A DNA stretch of 64,000 nt, taken from the NCBI RefSeq assembly GCF_009914755.1, contig NC_060935.1, one strand, 5' to 3'. The notes beneath the pieces were generated by a model. The model was not told where the DNA came from. It was given only the letters and a program-made list of their open reading frames with translations, and made no database searches. Source of the DNA: the human T2T-CHM13v2.0 reference genome, Homo sapiens. Below, piece after piece: positions 14,857 through 37,395 of this stretch (within the stretch, counting starts at the first letter, position 1; each line of letters starts with the position of its first letter). The translations under genes were made by a program, and so were the position numbers.

Positions 14857-15241
14857 TGTTTTAGTCCATTTTCTGCTGCTATAACAGAATACCACAGGCT
14901 GAATAATTTCTAAAGAACAGAAGCTTATTTGGCTCATGGTTCTAGAGACTAGGAAGTCGAAGAGCATGGCACTAGCACCTGGTGAATATCATCTCATGGT
15001 GGAAGGCATCACATGGTAAGCAAGCATGCAAGAGAGAGTGAGGAAACCAGGCCAAACTCATCATTTTATCAGGAGCCCCAAGGCTGTAATAACTAAACCA
15101 TGATAATAGCATTAATATATTCATGAGGGCAGAGCTCTTATGACCTAATCACCTCTTAAAGGTCCTAACTCTTAATACTGTTACAATGACAATTAACTTT
15201 CCAGCACATAAACTTTTGGGAGACACATTCAAACCTTAGTG
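14857..15241 (-). mobile_element. MaLR solo LTR (MSTB/MSTC-like)
   Basis: tgttttagtccattttctgctgctataacagaatacc...gacacattcaaacc is the reverse strand of an MST LTR. Confidence 0.8.
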
Positions 15242-15430
15242 ATACATAAATTATTTTTTTAAATTAAATAGCAATTCTGGAGTTAAAAAGCATAATAACT
15301 AAAATGAAAACTTCACTACAGCGGCTCAACTGCAGTTTTGAGCAGGCAGAAGAAATAGTAAACCTGAAGATTGATTGAGATTAGCTAGTTTGAGGGACAA
15401 AAAGTAAACAATTAAAAAAAAACAACACAG

Positions 15431-22570
<7,140 letters not shown>

Positions 22571-22957
22571 AAAAAATAACATAGATTCAGAGACACCTGT
22601 GGGATACCATCAATGTATCAACATATGCATAACCCAAGGGAGAGAAGAAACATAAAGGGGAAGAAATAATATTTGAAGAAATAATGGCCAAAAATTTCTA
22701 CATTTAGTGAAAAACATTAGTCTGCACATCCAAGAAGCTCAAAAAAACTCTGAGTGGCATAAACTCAAAAAGATCATACATAGACACATATTATTCAAAC
22801 TGTCAAAAAACAAAATCAAAGAGAACCTTGAAAGCAGTGAGAGAGAAGCAACTTATCACATACAAAGGATCCTCAATATCCTCCAAAAGATTAACAACTA
22901 AATTGTCAACAGAAACCATGGAGGCCAGAAGGAAATTCGATGACATGTTCAAAGTTC

Positions 22958-23249
22958 TTTCTTTTTCTTTTTCTTGAGACAGGGTCTCACTATGTCACCC
23001 AGGCTGGAGTGTAGTAGCATGATCACAGCTCACTGCAGCCTTGACCTCTCTGGGCTCAAGTGATCCTCCCACCTCAGCCTCCTGAGTAGCTGGGACTACA
23101 GGCACATGCCACCATGCCCAGCTAATTTTTGTAGAGATGGGGTCTCACCGTATTGCCCAGGCTGGTCTCGAACTCCTGGGCTCAAGTGATCTGCCTGCCT
23201 TTGCCTCCCAAAGTACTGGGATTACAGGCATGAGCCACCACACATGGCC
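22958..23249 (-). mobile_element. AluJ
   Basis: AluJ diagnostics (gggctcaagtgatcctccc). TSD core ttcaaagttct. Confidence 0.9.
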
Positions 23250-23760
23250 AATATATTCAAAGTTCTGAAAGGAAAAAACAAATAACCTATCAACCAAGAA
23301 TTCTAAATCCAGCAAAACTAACTTTCAAAAATAAAGTGATTAGACTGAGGTCAGTACTACAGTGATACCAAAACCAGTCAAAGACATCTCACACACACAC
23401 ACAACTTTTGTAGACCAATTTCCCTTATGAGTATAAATGCAAAAGTCTCAACAAAATACTAGCCAACTGAATTCAGCAGCATATAAAAAGGATACACACT
23501 AAGACCAAGTGGAACTGATCTCAGAAATACAAGGTAGGTTCAACAAATAAAAATCAATGTAGTATACTATATTAATGCAATAATCCAACACATTATTAAT
23601 ACAATAAATGGTAAAATAAACATATCATTTTGATATATGCAGAAAAAAAACATTTGACAAAAACCAATAACCTATTGTAATTTTAAAAGAAAAAAGCACT
23701 CAGCAAACAAGTAATAGTGGGGAACTTCCTCAAACTGATAAAAGTCATCTATTAAAAACC

Positions 23761-25567
23761 CAAGCATTCCTATACACCAATAACAGACAAACAGAGAGCC
23801 AAATCATGAGTGAGCTCCCATTCACAATTGCTACAAAGAGAATAAAATACCTAAGAAAACAACTTACAGGGGATGTGAAGGACCTCTTCAAGGGGAACTA
23901 CAAACCCTGCTCGAGGAAATAAGAGAGGACACAAATAAATGAAAAAACATTCCATGCTCATGGATAGGAAGAATCAATATCATGAAAGAGCCATACTGCC
24001 CAAAGTAATTTATAGATTCAGTGCTATCCCCATCAAGCTACCATTGATTTTCTTCCCAGAACTGGAAAAAAAATAAATTTCATATGGAACCAAAAAAGAG
24101 CCCACATTGCCAAGACAATCCTAAGCAAAAAGAACAAAGCTGGAGGCATCACACTACCTGACTTCAAACTATATACAAGGCTACAGTAACCAAAACAGCC
24201 TGGTACTGGTACCAAAACAGATATATAGACCAATGGAACAGAACAGAGGCCTCAGAAATAACACCACACATCTACAATCATCTGATCTTTGACAAACCTG
24301 ACACAAACAGCAATGGGGAAAGGATTCCCTATTTAATAAATGGTGTTGAGCAAACTGGCTAGCCATATGCAGAAAACTGAAACTGGACCCCTTCCTTATA
24401 CCTTATACAAAAATTAACTCAAGATGAATTAAAGACTTAAACGTAAGACCTAAAACCATAAAACCCCTAGAAGAAAACCTAGCCAATACCATTCAGGACA
24501 TAGGCACGGGCAAAGAATTCATGACTAAAACACCAAAAGCAATGGCAACAAAAGCCGAAATTGACAAATGGGATCTAATTAAACTGAAGAGCTTCTGCAC
24601 AGCAAAAGAAACTATCCTCAGAGTGAACAGGCAACCTACAGAATGGGAGAAAATTTTTGCAATCTACCTATCTGACAAAGGGCTAATATCTAGAATCTAC
24701 AAAGAACTTAAATTTACAAGAAAAAACAACCCCATCAAAAAGTGGGCAAGGGATATGAACAGACACTTCTCAAAAGAAGACATTTATGCAGCCAACAAAC
24801 ATGAAAAAATCTCATCATCACTGGTCATTAGAGAAACGCAAATCAAAACCACAATGAGATACCATCTCATGCCAGTTAGAATAGCGATCATTAAAAAGTC
24901 AGGAAACAACAGATACTAGAGAGGATGTGGAGAAATAGGAGCGCTGTTACACTGTTGGTGGGACTGTAAATTAGTTCAACCATTGTGGAAGACAGAGTGG
25001 CAATTCCTCAAGGATCTAGAACTAGGAATACCATTTGACCCAGCAATCCCATTACTGGGTATATACCCAAAGGATTATAAATCACGCTACTATAAAGACA
25101 CATGCACACGTAGGTTTATTGTGGCACTATTCACAATAGCAAAGACTTGGAACCAAGCCAAATATCCATCAATGACAAACTGGATAAAGAAATGTGGCAC
25201 ATATACACCATGGAATACTATGCAGCCATAAAAAAGGATGAGTTCATGTCCTTTGCAGGGACATGGATGAAGCTGGAAACCATCATTCTCACCAAACTAA
25301 CACAGGAACAGAAAACCAAACACCACATGTTCTCACTCATAAGTGGGAGTTGAACAATGAGAACACATGGACACAGGGAGGGGAACATCACACACCAGGG
25401 CCTGTCGTGGGGTGGGGGGCTAGGGGAGGGATAGCATTAGGAGAAATACCTAATGTAGATGATGGGTTGATGGGTGCAGTAAACCACCATGGCACGTGTA
25501 TACCTATGTAACAAACCTACACGTTCTGCACATGTACCCCAGAACTTAAAATATAATTTTAAAAAAA
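23761..25567 (+). mobile_element. 5'-truncated L1PA7-like element (L1 #2)
   Basis: ORF2 C-terminal part plus 3'UTR with tgtagatgatgggttgatgggtgcagtaaaccaccatgg. Inserted in the host L1M ORF2. Confidence 0.9.
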
Positions 25568-27707
25568 CATAAGTAACATCATACTTAACGGTGAAAGATT
25601 GAAAGCTTTCCTCTAAAATCAGGAATAAGACAAGAATATCTACTTTCACCATTTCTATTTAAGATTGTACTGGAGGTCCTACACTACAGCACAATTAAAC
25701 AAGAAAGTAAAATAAACTGCATCCAGATTATGATGGAAGAAGAAAAAATTATCTCTATTTGCAAAGTGACATGATCCTGTATGGAAAAAATCCTAAGGAA
25801 TACATACATACACAGAAACACCCCCCAACACACACACACACACACACCAGCTAATAAGTGAGTTTAGCAAGGTTATAGAAGATCAATATATAAAAAATCA
25901 GTTGTAGTTCTACACATTCACAATGAACAATCTGAAAATGAAATGAAGTAAACAATTCAATCCAATAGTATAAAAAGAATAAATTAACAGAATAAGTGCA
26001 AGACTTGTACACATGAAACTATAAAACTTCATTGAAAGGAATTAAAGAAACAAATGGAAATACATTTTGTCTTCATGTATTGGAAGACTCAATACTCCCC
26101 AAACTGATCTACCAATTCAGTGCAATCCCTATTGAAATTCCATCTACCTATTTGTAGAAATTGACAAGATAATTGTAAAGTTCATATGAAAATGAAAGGA
26201 TTTACGATAGCAAAAACAATCTTGAAAAAGAACAAAGTTACAGCACTCATACTTAATGATTTTAAAGCTTACTTCAAAACTATAGTAATCCAAACACTGT
26301 GGTACTGGCCTACAACAGACATATAGATCATAGGACAGAATTGAGAGTCCAGAAATGAGACTATATACATGTAAAAAACAAGTGACTAATTGAATTTTGA
26401 CAAGGGTAGGTACCAAGACAATTCAGTGAGCAAAGAACAGTCTTTTCAGCAAATGGTGCTGGGATAACTGGATATCTACACACAAAAGAATAAATGTAGA
26501 CCCATATCTCACACCATATACAAAACTTAACTCAAAATAGATCAAAGACCTAATTGTAAGGGCTAAAACTATAAAACTTCTAGAAGAAAACATAGAGGTA
26601 AATCTTTGCGATGTTAGATTAGGCAACAGTTTCTTAGATATGACACCTAAAGCATGAGCAACCAAAGGAAAAATAGATACATGGACTTTAAAATAAGAAA
26701 CATTTGTGCTTTAAAGGACACTATCCAGAAAGTGAAAAATAACCCACAGACTTGGAGAAAATATTTCCAAATCATATAGTTAATGAGGGCCTACTATCAA
26801 GAACATGTAAAGAATTCTTACAACTCAAGAATAAAGAGACAACCCAATTTTAAAATGGGCAAAGAATTTGAATAAATTTTCCCAAAGAAAATATACAAAT
26901 GGCCAATAAGCACATGAAAAGATGTTCAGCATCATTAGTTATCAAGAAAATACAAATCAAAAGCATGAGATATCACTTCACATTCACTAGGACAGCTATA
27001 GTAAAAAACAAATAAAATAAAATAACAAGTGCTGGAGAGTGTATAAAGAGATGTGGAGAAACTAGAACCTCCATATACTGCTGGTGGGAATGTAAAATGG
27101 TATAGCCAGAAATCAGTTCGGGATTTCCTCAAAAAGTAAAACACATCTACCATATGATCCAGCAATTCTACTCTTAGATCCAAGATAATTGAAAACATGT
27201 TCACACAAAAATGTACACAAATGTTCACAGCAGCATTATTCATAATAGCCAAAAAGTTGCAAACAACCCATCAGCTGATGAATAAGTTGCAAAAATGCCC
27301 ATCAGCTGATGAATAAAGAAAACATGGTATATACATACAATAGAGTATTATTTGGCCACTGATATATATTCAACATGGATGAACCTTGAAAATATTCTGC
27401 TAAGTAAAAGAAGCTAGATACAAAGCCCATATATTATATGAGTCTATTTATATGAAATGTCCAGAATAGGCAAATCATAAGAGACAGAAAGCAGATTAGT
27501 GTATTTCAGGGCTTGGGAAGTGACTAATAGGTATGAGGTTTCTTCGTGGGGAGATGAAAATGTTCTCAAATTACATAGTGTGATGATTGTACAACCATGA
27601 AAATATATGTTTTAAAATGGTAGATTTTATGGTCTATAAATTATATTTAAATTTTTAAAAATTAAGTCGTCCCTAAAAATTTGCCAAAATTAATTTAAGT
27701 GAAGTCT

Positions 27708-29115
<1,408 letters not shown>

Positions 29116-29885
29116 GTCTCCATCTTGAAACTATTAATCCTAAATGCTTTCCCAGCTCAAAGGATCTATGTCTTTGACTAGCATTTTAGTCAGTTCGACT
29201 TAAAATTCACTACTCTTTCTTCCTTGGGTGGGAAGCCCTTCTTCATTTCTCCCAGTCTACACCTTCCAGCCTCTTATTATGATGATTTAGCCCACTAGGT
29301 CTCATTCTTTTTATCTGACTTGTCACCAATCTCCTTATCTATATAATAAAGGGACTCCCTCCCCTTTCTAACACTTCTCCTGTACTTGAACTTGACTTCT
29401 GTGTTTTAAATAGGTAGGACTCTTTTTCCTTCAGCAATTAACAAACATCAAATGGAACACAATAGCTTTAAACGGAATTACATAGAAATTGTTTCACAAT
29501 GGACTTTAAAACTGTACTCCTTAAGTTCCCAGTGGCTAAAAATAGTCATTTGTTTGCTCTGCCAGGAACTCATACAAAATAGGAAAATTTTCCCCGCTCC
29601 ATGTTTTATCTCCTCTACACAATAACAAAATAAGTGCAACAGACTATTTTAGCCAGACATAAGCCTGTCAAAGCTGAAAAACAGGATTCAGAGGAAAGGG
29701 TAGATAGGAGCTTTTCTACTCCACTCCCATGAAACTGACAGCTACTGCTGTTATGAACCAATACATCATTATTTACATTGGGTGTGGGAATATGTAAGCT
29801 TTGTAAGAAGCACAGAGAGCCCTTTGACAACTAGGTCAATTCTCACAATGGCAACACCCTAAGCAGCATTTCCAGGGGTAGCGGT

Positions 29886-30613
29886 TGTAATGTGCTAAAG
29901 CTGGCCTGTATCAACTTGCAAGAGCCAACTGTTAAATTTTCAGGAATTTTGAGATATAGTTGTCAAATACAATTACTATTAAAAATTAAATTATAGGCCA
30001 GGTGCCATGGCTCACGTCTATAATCCCAGCACTTTGGGAGACCAAGGTGGGAGGATCACTTGAGGCCAGGAGTTCAAGATCAGCCTAGCAACACAGGGAG
30101 ACCTCATCTCCAGAAAAATAAAAAATAAAAATAAAAAATAATTATCCAGGCATGGTGGTGTGTGCCTGTAGTCCTAGCTACTTGGGAGGCTCAGGAGGAT
30201 CACTTGAGCCCAGGAGTTCGAGGCTTCAGTGAGCTACGATCACGCCACTGTATTCCAGCGTGGGTGACAGAGCAAGACCCTGTCCCTAAAAAAAAGGAAA
30301 ATAAATAAATTATATAAACTTATAATAAATGATATAGGAACAAAAGTAATAAATACTCAAAATTCATCACTTCCTAATCATTTCATCACAGTTTATGCTG
30401 CAATCTTGCGGTTCTTTGTGCCTACTGCATTTGTATGCTGAAAATACTACACAATGGTGTGTTCATGCACATCTCTTCCCAACTCCACAGCAGTGATGGC
30501 AGCTTAAAATTAGCCATGGTGGGTGTGCTTATACCATGGAATTGGCAAATGCCATAAATCAGAGCTTATTTTTCTGGAAAGGTGGTTGCTAAATATTTAC
30601 CAACACACCACTG
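29886..30613. mobile_element. MER63-like hAT DNA transposon split by an AluJ
   Basis: Internal gagccaactgttaaattttcaggaatttt and terminal tttaccaacacaccactg. Confidence 0.7.
29996..30305 (+). mobile_element. AluJ
   Basis: AluJ diagnostics. Degenerate TSD aaattata. Confidence 0.9.
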
Positions 30614-30889
30614 GACAGCCATAAACTGTAGTCTGTTTTTCCTCTGGAATAGCCTATTGGTTCCACTTCGAAACTCTTATTCAGTGCTTAGCATCCTGAT
30701 TTGCATCTACATATGCCTGATATATAAGCTAATGATAAAAGTTCACCAAATGAAGCCACGCAGTCTGTTACCTATTTAAAAATTGATATTTTTCATAGAT
30801 TTATTGAATGTTAAAGTTGGAAGGAGCCTTAGAAGGCATGTATCGAAACTGTTCACTAGTGGAAGGACTCTCCCCTCTGACATTCTCGG

Positions 30890-31290
30890 ACAGATGTCAA
30901 TTTAGTTTCTCTCCTCTCTGTGCTGCCACGTGTGCTATTCCCTCCACGTGGGACATTCTTCCTACCATCCTGCCCTTGCCCAGGTTCATCTTTTTCTGGA
31001 TCACTCTTTGTCACTCTTAAACACCACCTCTTCCAAGAAGGCTTCCCTAACCTCTAAGGCTGACCTGGTAGCCCTTCCACGTGTTCTTGGATCACACACT
31101 ACTTCCTCCTACACAGCGTTAGTCACACTCTGTGAAATTCCCAGTTTCTCCTTCCTCAGACCGTAAGCGCTAAGGACAGGCAACACACTTACTTCGTTCA
31201 TTACTTTACTCCTGTTGCCCTATCCAGGTGTTTGTCAAAAGAAGCACTCTATAAATGTGAACAAATGAATGAAGGAAGGAATGAATGAAT
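30890..31290 (+). mobile_element. L2 3' end
   Basis: cacctcttccaagaaggcttccc...ataaatgtgaacaaatgaatgaa terminal repeats. Confidence 0.65.
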
Positions 31291-31291
31291 T

Positions 31292-31520
31292 AGGCAGTAG
31301 GAAAGGCACTGAACTTCAACTCCTAAAACAACACTCAACTCCCAACTCTGCCCTTACTAACTAGCTGTGAGCCCTCTGTTAAGTTACGTTAAGCTCTGTT
31401 AGCCTTCGTTTACTTACACATAAAATGAAAAAAGTAGGACTAACTCACCACACTGTTGAGGATTAAATGGGATGATTTATGAACATAAAGCTTTTGGTAA
31501 ACTGCAAAATGGCTTTAAAA
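31292..31520 (+). mobile_element. MIR
   Basis: ctctgcccttactaactagctgtgag...gttgaggattaaatgggatg. Confidence 0.6.
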
Positions 31521-31844
31521 TGCCATATACTGTATTATTATTTCTGGGCACTTCCAGAGAAGGGGAGCTTACATTTTGCAATGCCACCCAGTCCAATTTT
31601 GATAGCTATAATTGTCACAATCTCCGTAAATTCAACTCTTGTCCTAAAATTCTTCCAACTCAACATAATAATCTAATCTTTTTTCCATATGATAACCTTT
31701 TAAATAGTGAAGATCAGAGCTAAGTTACCCTTACTAACTTTGTCTTCTCAAGGCTAAACAGTTTCAGCTTCTTTGAGGAGGTGGAAGGAAACTTACCTTC
31801 AGAGAAACTCTCTTTTTGATAATTTGGGCAGTACTAAAGAGCCC

Positions 31845-32245
31845 TATATTCATTTTCTATTGCTGCTGTAACAAATCAGCACAAACTCAGTGGCTTAAAC
31901 AATACAAATTCAGTATCTTACAGTTCTGTAAGTTAGAAATCTAACAGCCTCCCTGGGCTAAAATCAAGGTGTCAGCGGGGCTGCATTCCTTTCTGGAGGC
32001 TTTAGGAGAGAATCTGTTTCCATGCTGATTCTCCACAGCTGGGAAAGGTTCTCCGATTTTTTTAAGGACTCGTGTGATTAGATTGGGCCCACCTGGATAA
32101 TCCAGCAAAAAAAATCCCCTCATTTGAAGATCCTTAACCTTAATTAATTCTGCAATGTCTCTTTTGCCATTTAGGGTAACATTTTTACAGGTTCCAGGAA
32201 TTAGGACGTGGACACCTTTGGGGGGCCGTTATTCTGCCTACCACA
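31845..32245 (-). mobile_element. MaLR solo LTR (MLT1C/D-like)
   Basis: tattgctgctgtaacaaat...ttattctgcctaccaca. 5-bp TSD agccc/agctc. Confidence 0.8.
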
Positions 32246-32759
32246 AGCTCCTTTATGGCCATTTTCCCTCTTATATTTGTCAACATCATTTACCCACATA
32301 CACACTTTTACCTTTTTAATTTGATATAAATACACACACATACATATGCACATACATATGTGTGTGCTTATAAATAAATTATCCCTTTCTCCCCTGCTTA
32401 CTCTGAGTGTCTATTCACATGCTAGCCATGGGGCATCCTATACAGTAGATTATACTTCAGATTTCCAATTCTGATCATTGCTTTTCAAACTAAATATGGA
32501 TTTATCTTAAGTGACATGTGGTCACTTATCTCAGGCTTTGTCCACACAGCATCAAAATATTAAGTAAAAATGAAAATTCAGTCCATTTTCCAGATTTACC
32601 TAATTTCAGGGATCTGAAATACAAAAAAAGATGACGCAAGGCCTTCTAGCAGCCTTGCCCCCAAAAAGAGCCTTGGTTGAGCAAAACTCCCTGAGCCAAC
32701 CAGCCCTCTAGCCTAGCTCACTGCTCTTGATAAGTGCTGTGTTCTTTCTACGATACCCA

Positions 32760-32960
32760 AAGATTGCCTAGGTTCAAATTCTGGCCACTTACTAAGCCTG
32801 TGATCTTAATCCACTTAATCTATTTGTGTTTTAGTTTACTCATCAGTAAATTGGAGATAACAGAGCACCTTCTAGAGGCTTATGATGAGGAGTGAATGAG
32901 TTAATACATATAAAATACTTATACTGCTGCCTGATAAATTATAAACACTCAATGCACATT
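32760..32960 (+). mobile_element. MIR
   Basis: ggttcaaattctggccacttactaag...catcagtaaattggagataa. Confidence 0.6.
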
Positions 32961-33261
32961 GTAAGGGGGTATGAGACAGGGAATAAGTCTAAATCACTAC
33001 CCAGCGAAGAGTCTTTGATGACTCCTGTGGTAAAGGTGAAGGAGGAAGGAGGAAATATAGAGCATGTCTATGTCTTAAAACCCATTTATCTTAAAGAAGA
33101 CTAAATAAGGGGGATGGGGGGGTACACTTAAAGGCACCCCTGATGAAAAACCTCTGTCTCCACATAAGTCCAATCAGAAATTGATTGGGTAAACAAGCCC
33201 CTACTTTTTAATACAAACTGACAACTGAGGCAAATATAATAATTCCACAAGCATTTAATGA

Positions 33262-33680
<419 letters not shown>

Positions 33681-33755
33681 AACAAATAGGTTTTTACATT
33701 ATGACCCAACACACACATACATGTATATACTGAAACAAATACTCTACCTTCTATT

Positions 33756-34060
33756 CTTTTTTTTTTTTTTTTTTTTGAGACAGGGTCTCACTCTTTCACC
33801 CAGGCTGGAGTGTAGCTGCACAATCATAGTTCACTGCAGCCTCGAACTCCTAGGCTGAAGTGATCCAACTACCTGAGCCTCCCCAGTAGCTAGAACTACA
33901 GGTGCCCACCACCACCACAGCCAGCGAATTTTTTAATTTATTGCAGTGATGGAGTCTCCCTATGTTGCCCAGGCTATTCTCAAACTCCTGGGCTCTAGCA
34001 ATCCTCCCACCTTGGCCTCCCAAAGCATTGGATTATAGGCATGAGCTATTGTGCCTGGCC
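33756..34060 (-). mobile_element. AluJ
   Basis: AluJ diagnostics and poly(T). Confidence 0.9.
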
Positions 34061-34324
34061 TTACCTTTTCTTCTTGTCTATTCTATTCCTCTTTTAAAAA
34101 ACTCTTGTCACAACACCCCTCATCCCACTAAATTGATTTCACTACCCATTAATGGTCATGATCCAAAGTTTGACCAAACTGGTATTGAAAAACCTCAATC
34201 GGGACATGTGAGGAATTAACTTTAACACAATGGAGAATGGAAATGTGGAGAATGGGTTTCTCCCTAAATAGGAGCTTGAAATGAATAACCATCAAGGTCT
34301 CAGTCAATTCTAAAGGCCACTCAT

Positions 34325-34630
34325 GGCCGGGCTCAGTGGCTCAAGCCTATAATCCCAGCACTTTGGGAGGCCGAGGTGAGCAGATCACCTGAGATCGAGA
34401 GTTCGAGACCAGCCTGACCAACATAGAGGAACCCCGTCTCTACTAGAAATACAAAATTAGCTGTGTGTGGTGGCACACACCTGTAATCCCAGCTACTCAG
34501 GAGGCTGGGACAGGAGAATCACTTGAGCCCAGGAGGCGGAGGTTTTGGTGAGCCAAGGTCGTGCCATTGCACTCCAGCCTGGGCAACAAGAGCAAAACTC
34601 TGTCTCAAAAAAAAAAAAAAAAAAAAAAAA
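34325..34630 (+). mobile_element. AluSp-like
   Basis: Diagnostics ctgaccaacatagag and ggcaacaagagcaaaactc. TSD aa(g/a)gccactcat. Confidence 0.9.
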
Positions 34631-35006
34631 GCCACTCATTACAATATGTTCAGACATTAAATGGCATAGTCTGATCTATATTAAGTACACTTCTCATATA
34701 AAGGATAAGAGTTCAACGATTAAATCCTATCTTTTTGGGGTAAATCTACAGGAAGAGACATTTTAATGAAAACCTTCCATGTGACTATAGTCGACTCCCA
34801 TTCTATAACTTTGTATGTGTAGAAATGGTTCTTTTCAAAATTCCCAATGAAATCAGCACTTCAAACATAATACTTGGGCCATGAAAATACACCCAAATAA
34901 AATACGGGTAGGGTTTAAATAACTTATTAAACGTTTTCCAGCAGATCCTGAATCTAATGATGAATATGTTTTAATGACCCCATCATATTTGTTACAAAAT
35001 AGTACA

Positions 35007-37395
35007 TTTTTTATTTCAATAGTTTTGGGGGTACAGGTGGTTTCTGGTTACATGAATAAGTTCCTTAGTGGTGATTTCTGAGATTGTGATGCACCCACCA
35101 CCCTAGCAGAGTACACTGTACCTAATATGTAGTCTTTTATCCCTCACCCCCATCCATCCTTCCCCTTGAGTCCCCAAAGTCCTTTATATCATTCTTATGC
35201 CTTTGCATCCTCATAGTTTAGCTCCCACTTATAAGTGAGAACATATGATAGTTGGTTTTCCTTTCCTGAGTTACTTCAGTTAGAATAATGGCCTCTAGAT
35301 CCATCCAAGTTGCTACAAGGGCCATTATTTCATTCCACTTTATGGCTGAATAGTATTCCATGCTGTGTACATACATTTTCTTTATCCACTCCTTGACTGA
35401 TGGGCATTTAGGTTGGTTCCATATTTTTGCAATTAAGAATTATGCTGCTATAAACGTGTGTGCATGTGTCTTTTTTATATAATGACTTCCTTTCCTTTGG
35501 GTAGATACTCAGCAGTGGGATTGCCAGATCAAATGGTAGTTCTACTTTTGGTTCTTTAAGAAATCTCTATCTTGTTTTCCATAGTAGTTGTACTAGTTTA
35601 CATTCCCACTAGCAGTGTAAAAGTGTTCCCTTTTCACCACATCCACACCAGCACCTATTATTTTTTGGCTTTTTAATTATGGGCATTCTTGCAGGAGTAA
35701 GGTATCTCATTGTGGTTTTAATTTGCGTTTCCCTGATAATTAGTGATGTTGAGCATTTTTCATAAGTTTGTTGGCTGTCTGTATATCTTCTGTTGAGAAT
35801 TGTCTATTCATGTCCTTTGCCTACTTTTGGATGGGATTATTTGTTTTTTTCTTGTTGACTTGCTTAAGTTCCTTGTAGATTCTGGATATTAGTCCTTTGT
35901 CAGATATGTAGTTGGAGAATATTTTCTCCCACTCTGTGGGTTGTCTGTTTACTCTGTTGATTATTTTTTTGGTAGTGTGGAAGCTTTTTAATTTAGTTAG
36001 GTCCCATTTATTTATTTTTGTTCTCGTTGCGTTTGCTTTTGGGTTCTCAGTCATGAATTATTTGCCTAAGCCAATGTCTAGAAGAGTCTTTCCAATGTTA
36101 TCTTCCAGAATTTTTATAGTTTCAAGTCTTAGATTTGAGTCTTTGATTCATCTTGAGTTGATTTTTGTATAAGGTGAGAGATGAGGATCCATTTTCATTC
36201 TTCTACATGTGGCTTGCCAATTTTCCCAGTACCATTCATTGAATATGGTGTCCTTTTCCCAACTTTATGTTTTTGTATGCTTTGTTGAAGGTCAGTTGGC
36301 TATAAGTGTTTGACTTTATTTCTGTGCTCTCCATTCTGTTCCATCGGTCTACATGCCCATTTTTATACCAGTGCCATGCTGCTTTGGTAACTATAGCCTT
36401 GTAGTATATAATGTGATGCCTCCAGATTTGTTCTTTTTGCTTAGTCTTGCTTTGGCTATGGAAGCTCTTTCTTGGTTCTGTATGAATTTTGGTATTGTTT
36501 TTCTAGTTCTGTGAAGAATGACAATAGTATTTTAACGGGAATTGCACTGAATCTGTAGATTGCTTTTGGCAGTATGGTCATTTTCACAATATTGATTCTA
36601 CCCATCCATGAAGTTGGGATGTGTTTTCATTTGTTTTTGTCACCTATGATTTCTTTCAGCAGTGTTTTGTAGTTCTCCTTGTAAAGATCTTCCACCTCCT
36701 TGGTTAAGCATATTCCTAATTATTTTATTATTTTTTGCAGCTATTTTAAAAGGGACTGAGTTCTTGATTTCTTAGCTTCATCATTGTTGGTGTATAGCAG
36801 TCCTACTGATTTGTGTACATTGATTTTGTATCCTGAGACTTTACTGGATTCACTTATCAGATCTAGAAGGTTTTTGGTAGGGCTTTCTAGGTATATGATC
36901 ACATCATTGATGAACAGTGACAGTTTGACTTTCTCTTTTCCAATCTGGGTGCCCTTTATTTATTTCTCTTGTCTGATTGCTGTGGCTAGGATTTCCAGTA
37001 CTATGTTAAACAGAAGTGGTGAAAGTGGGCATCCTTGTCTTGTTCCAATTCTCAAGGGAAATGCTTTCAACTTTTCCCCATTCAATATGATGGTGGCTGT
37101 GGTTTTGTCATAGTTGGCTTTTATTACTTTGAGGTATGTCCCTTCTATGCCAATCTTGTTGAGAGTTTTTATCATAAAGAGATGCTGGATTTTATCAAAT
37201 GCTTTTGCTGTGTCTATTCAAATGACGATATGATTTTTGTTTTTAATTCTGTTTATGTGATATATCACATTTACTGACTTGTATTAAACCATCCCTGCAT
37301 CCCTAGTATGAAACCCACTTGATCTGATGTATTATCTTTTTGGTATGCTGTTTGATTCCGTTAGCTAGTATTTTGTTGAAGATTTTTGCATCTAT
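35007..37395 (-). mobile_element. 5'-truncated L1PB (PB2-like), sense to STK33
   Basis: ttttatttcaatagttttgggggtacagg 3'UTR. ORF2 peptides on the minus strand ([16 protein letters not shown]). Degenerate TSD caaaa(t/c)agta. Confidence 0.88.
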
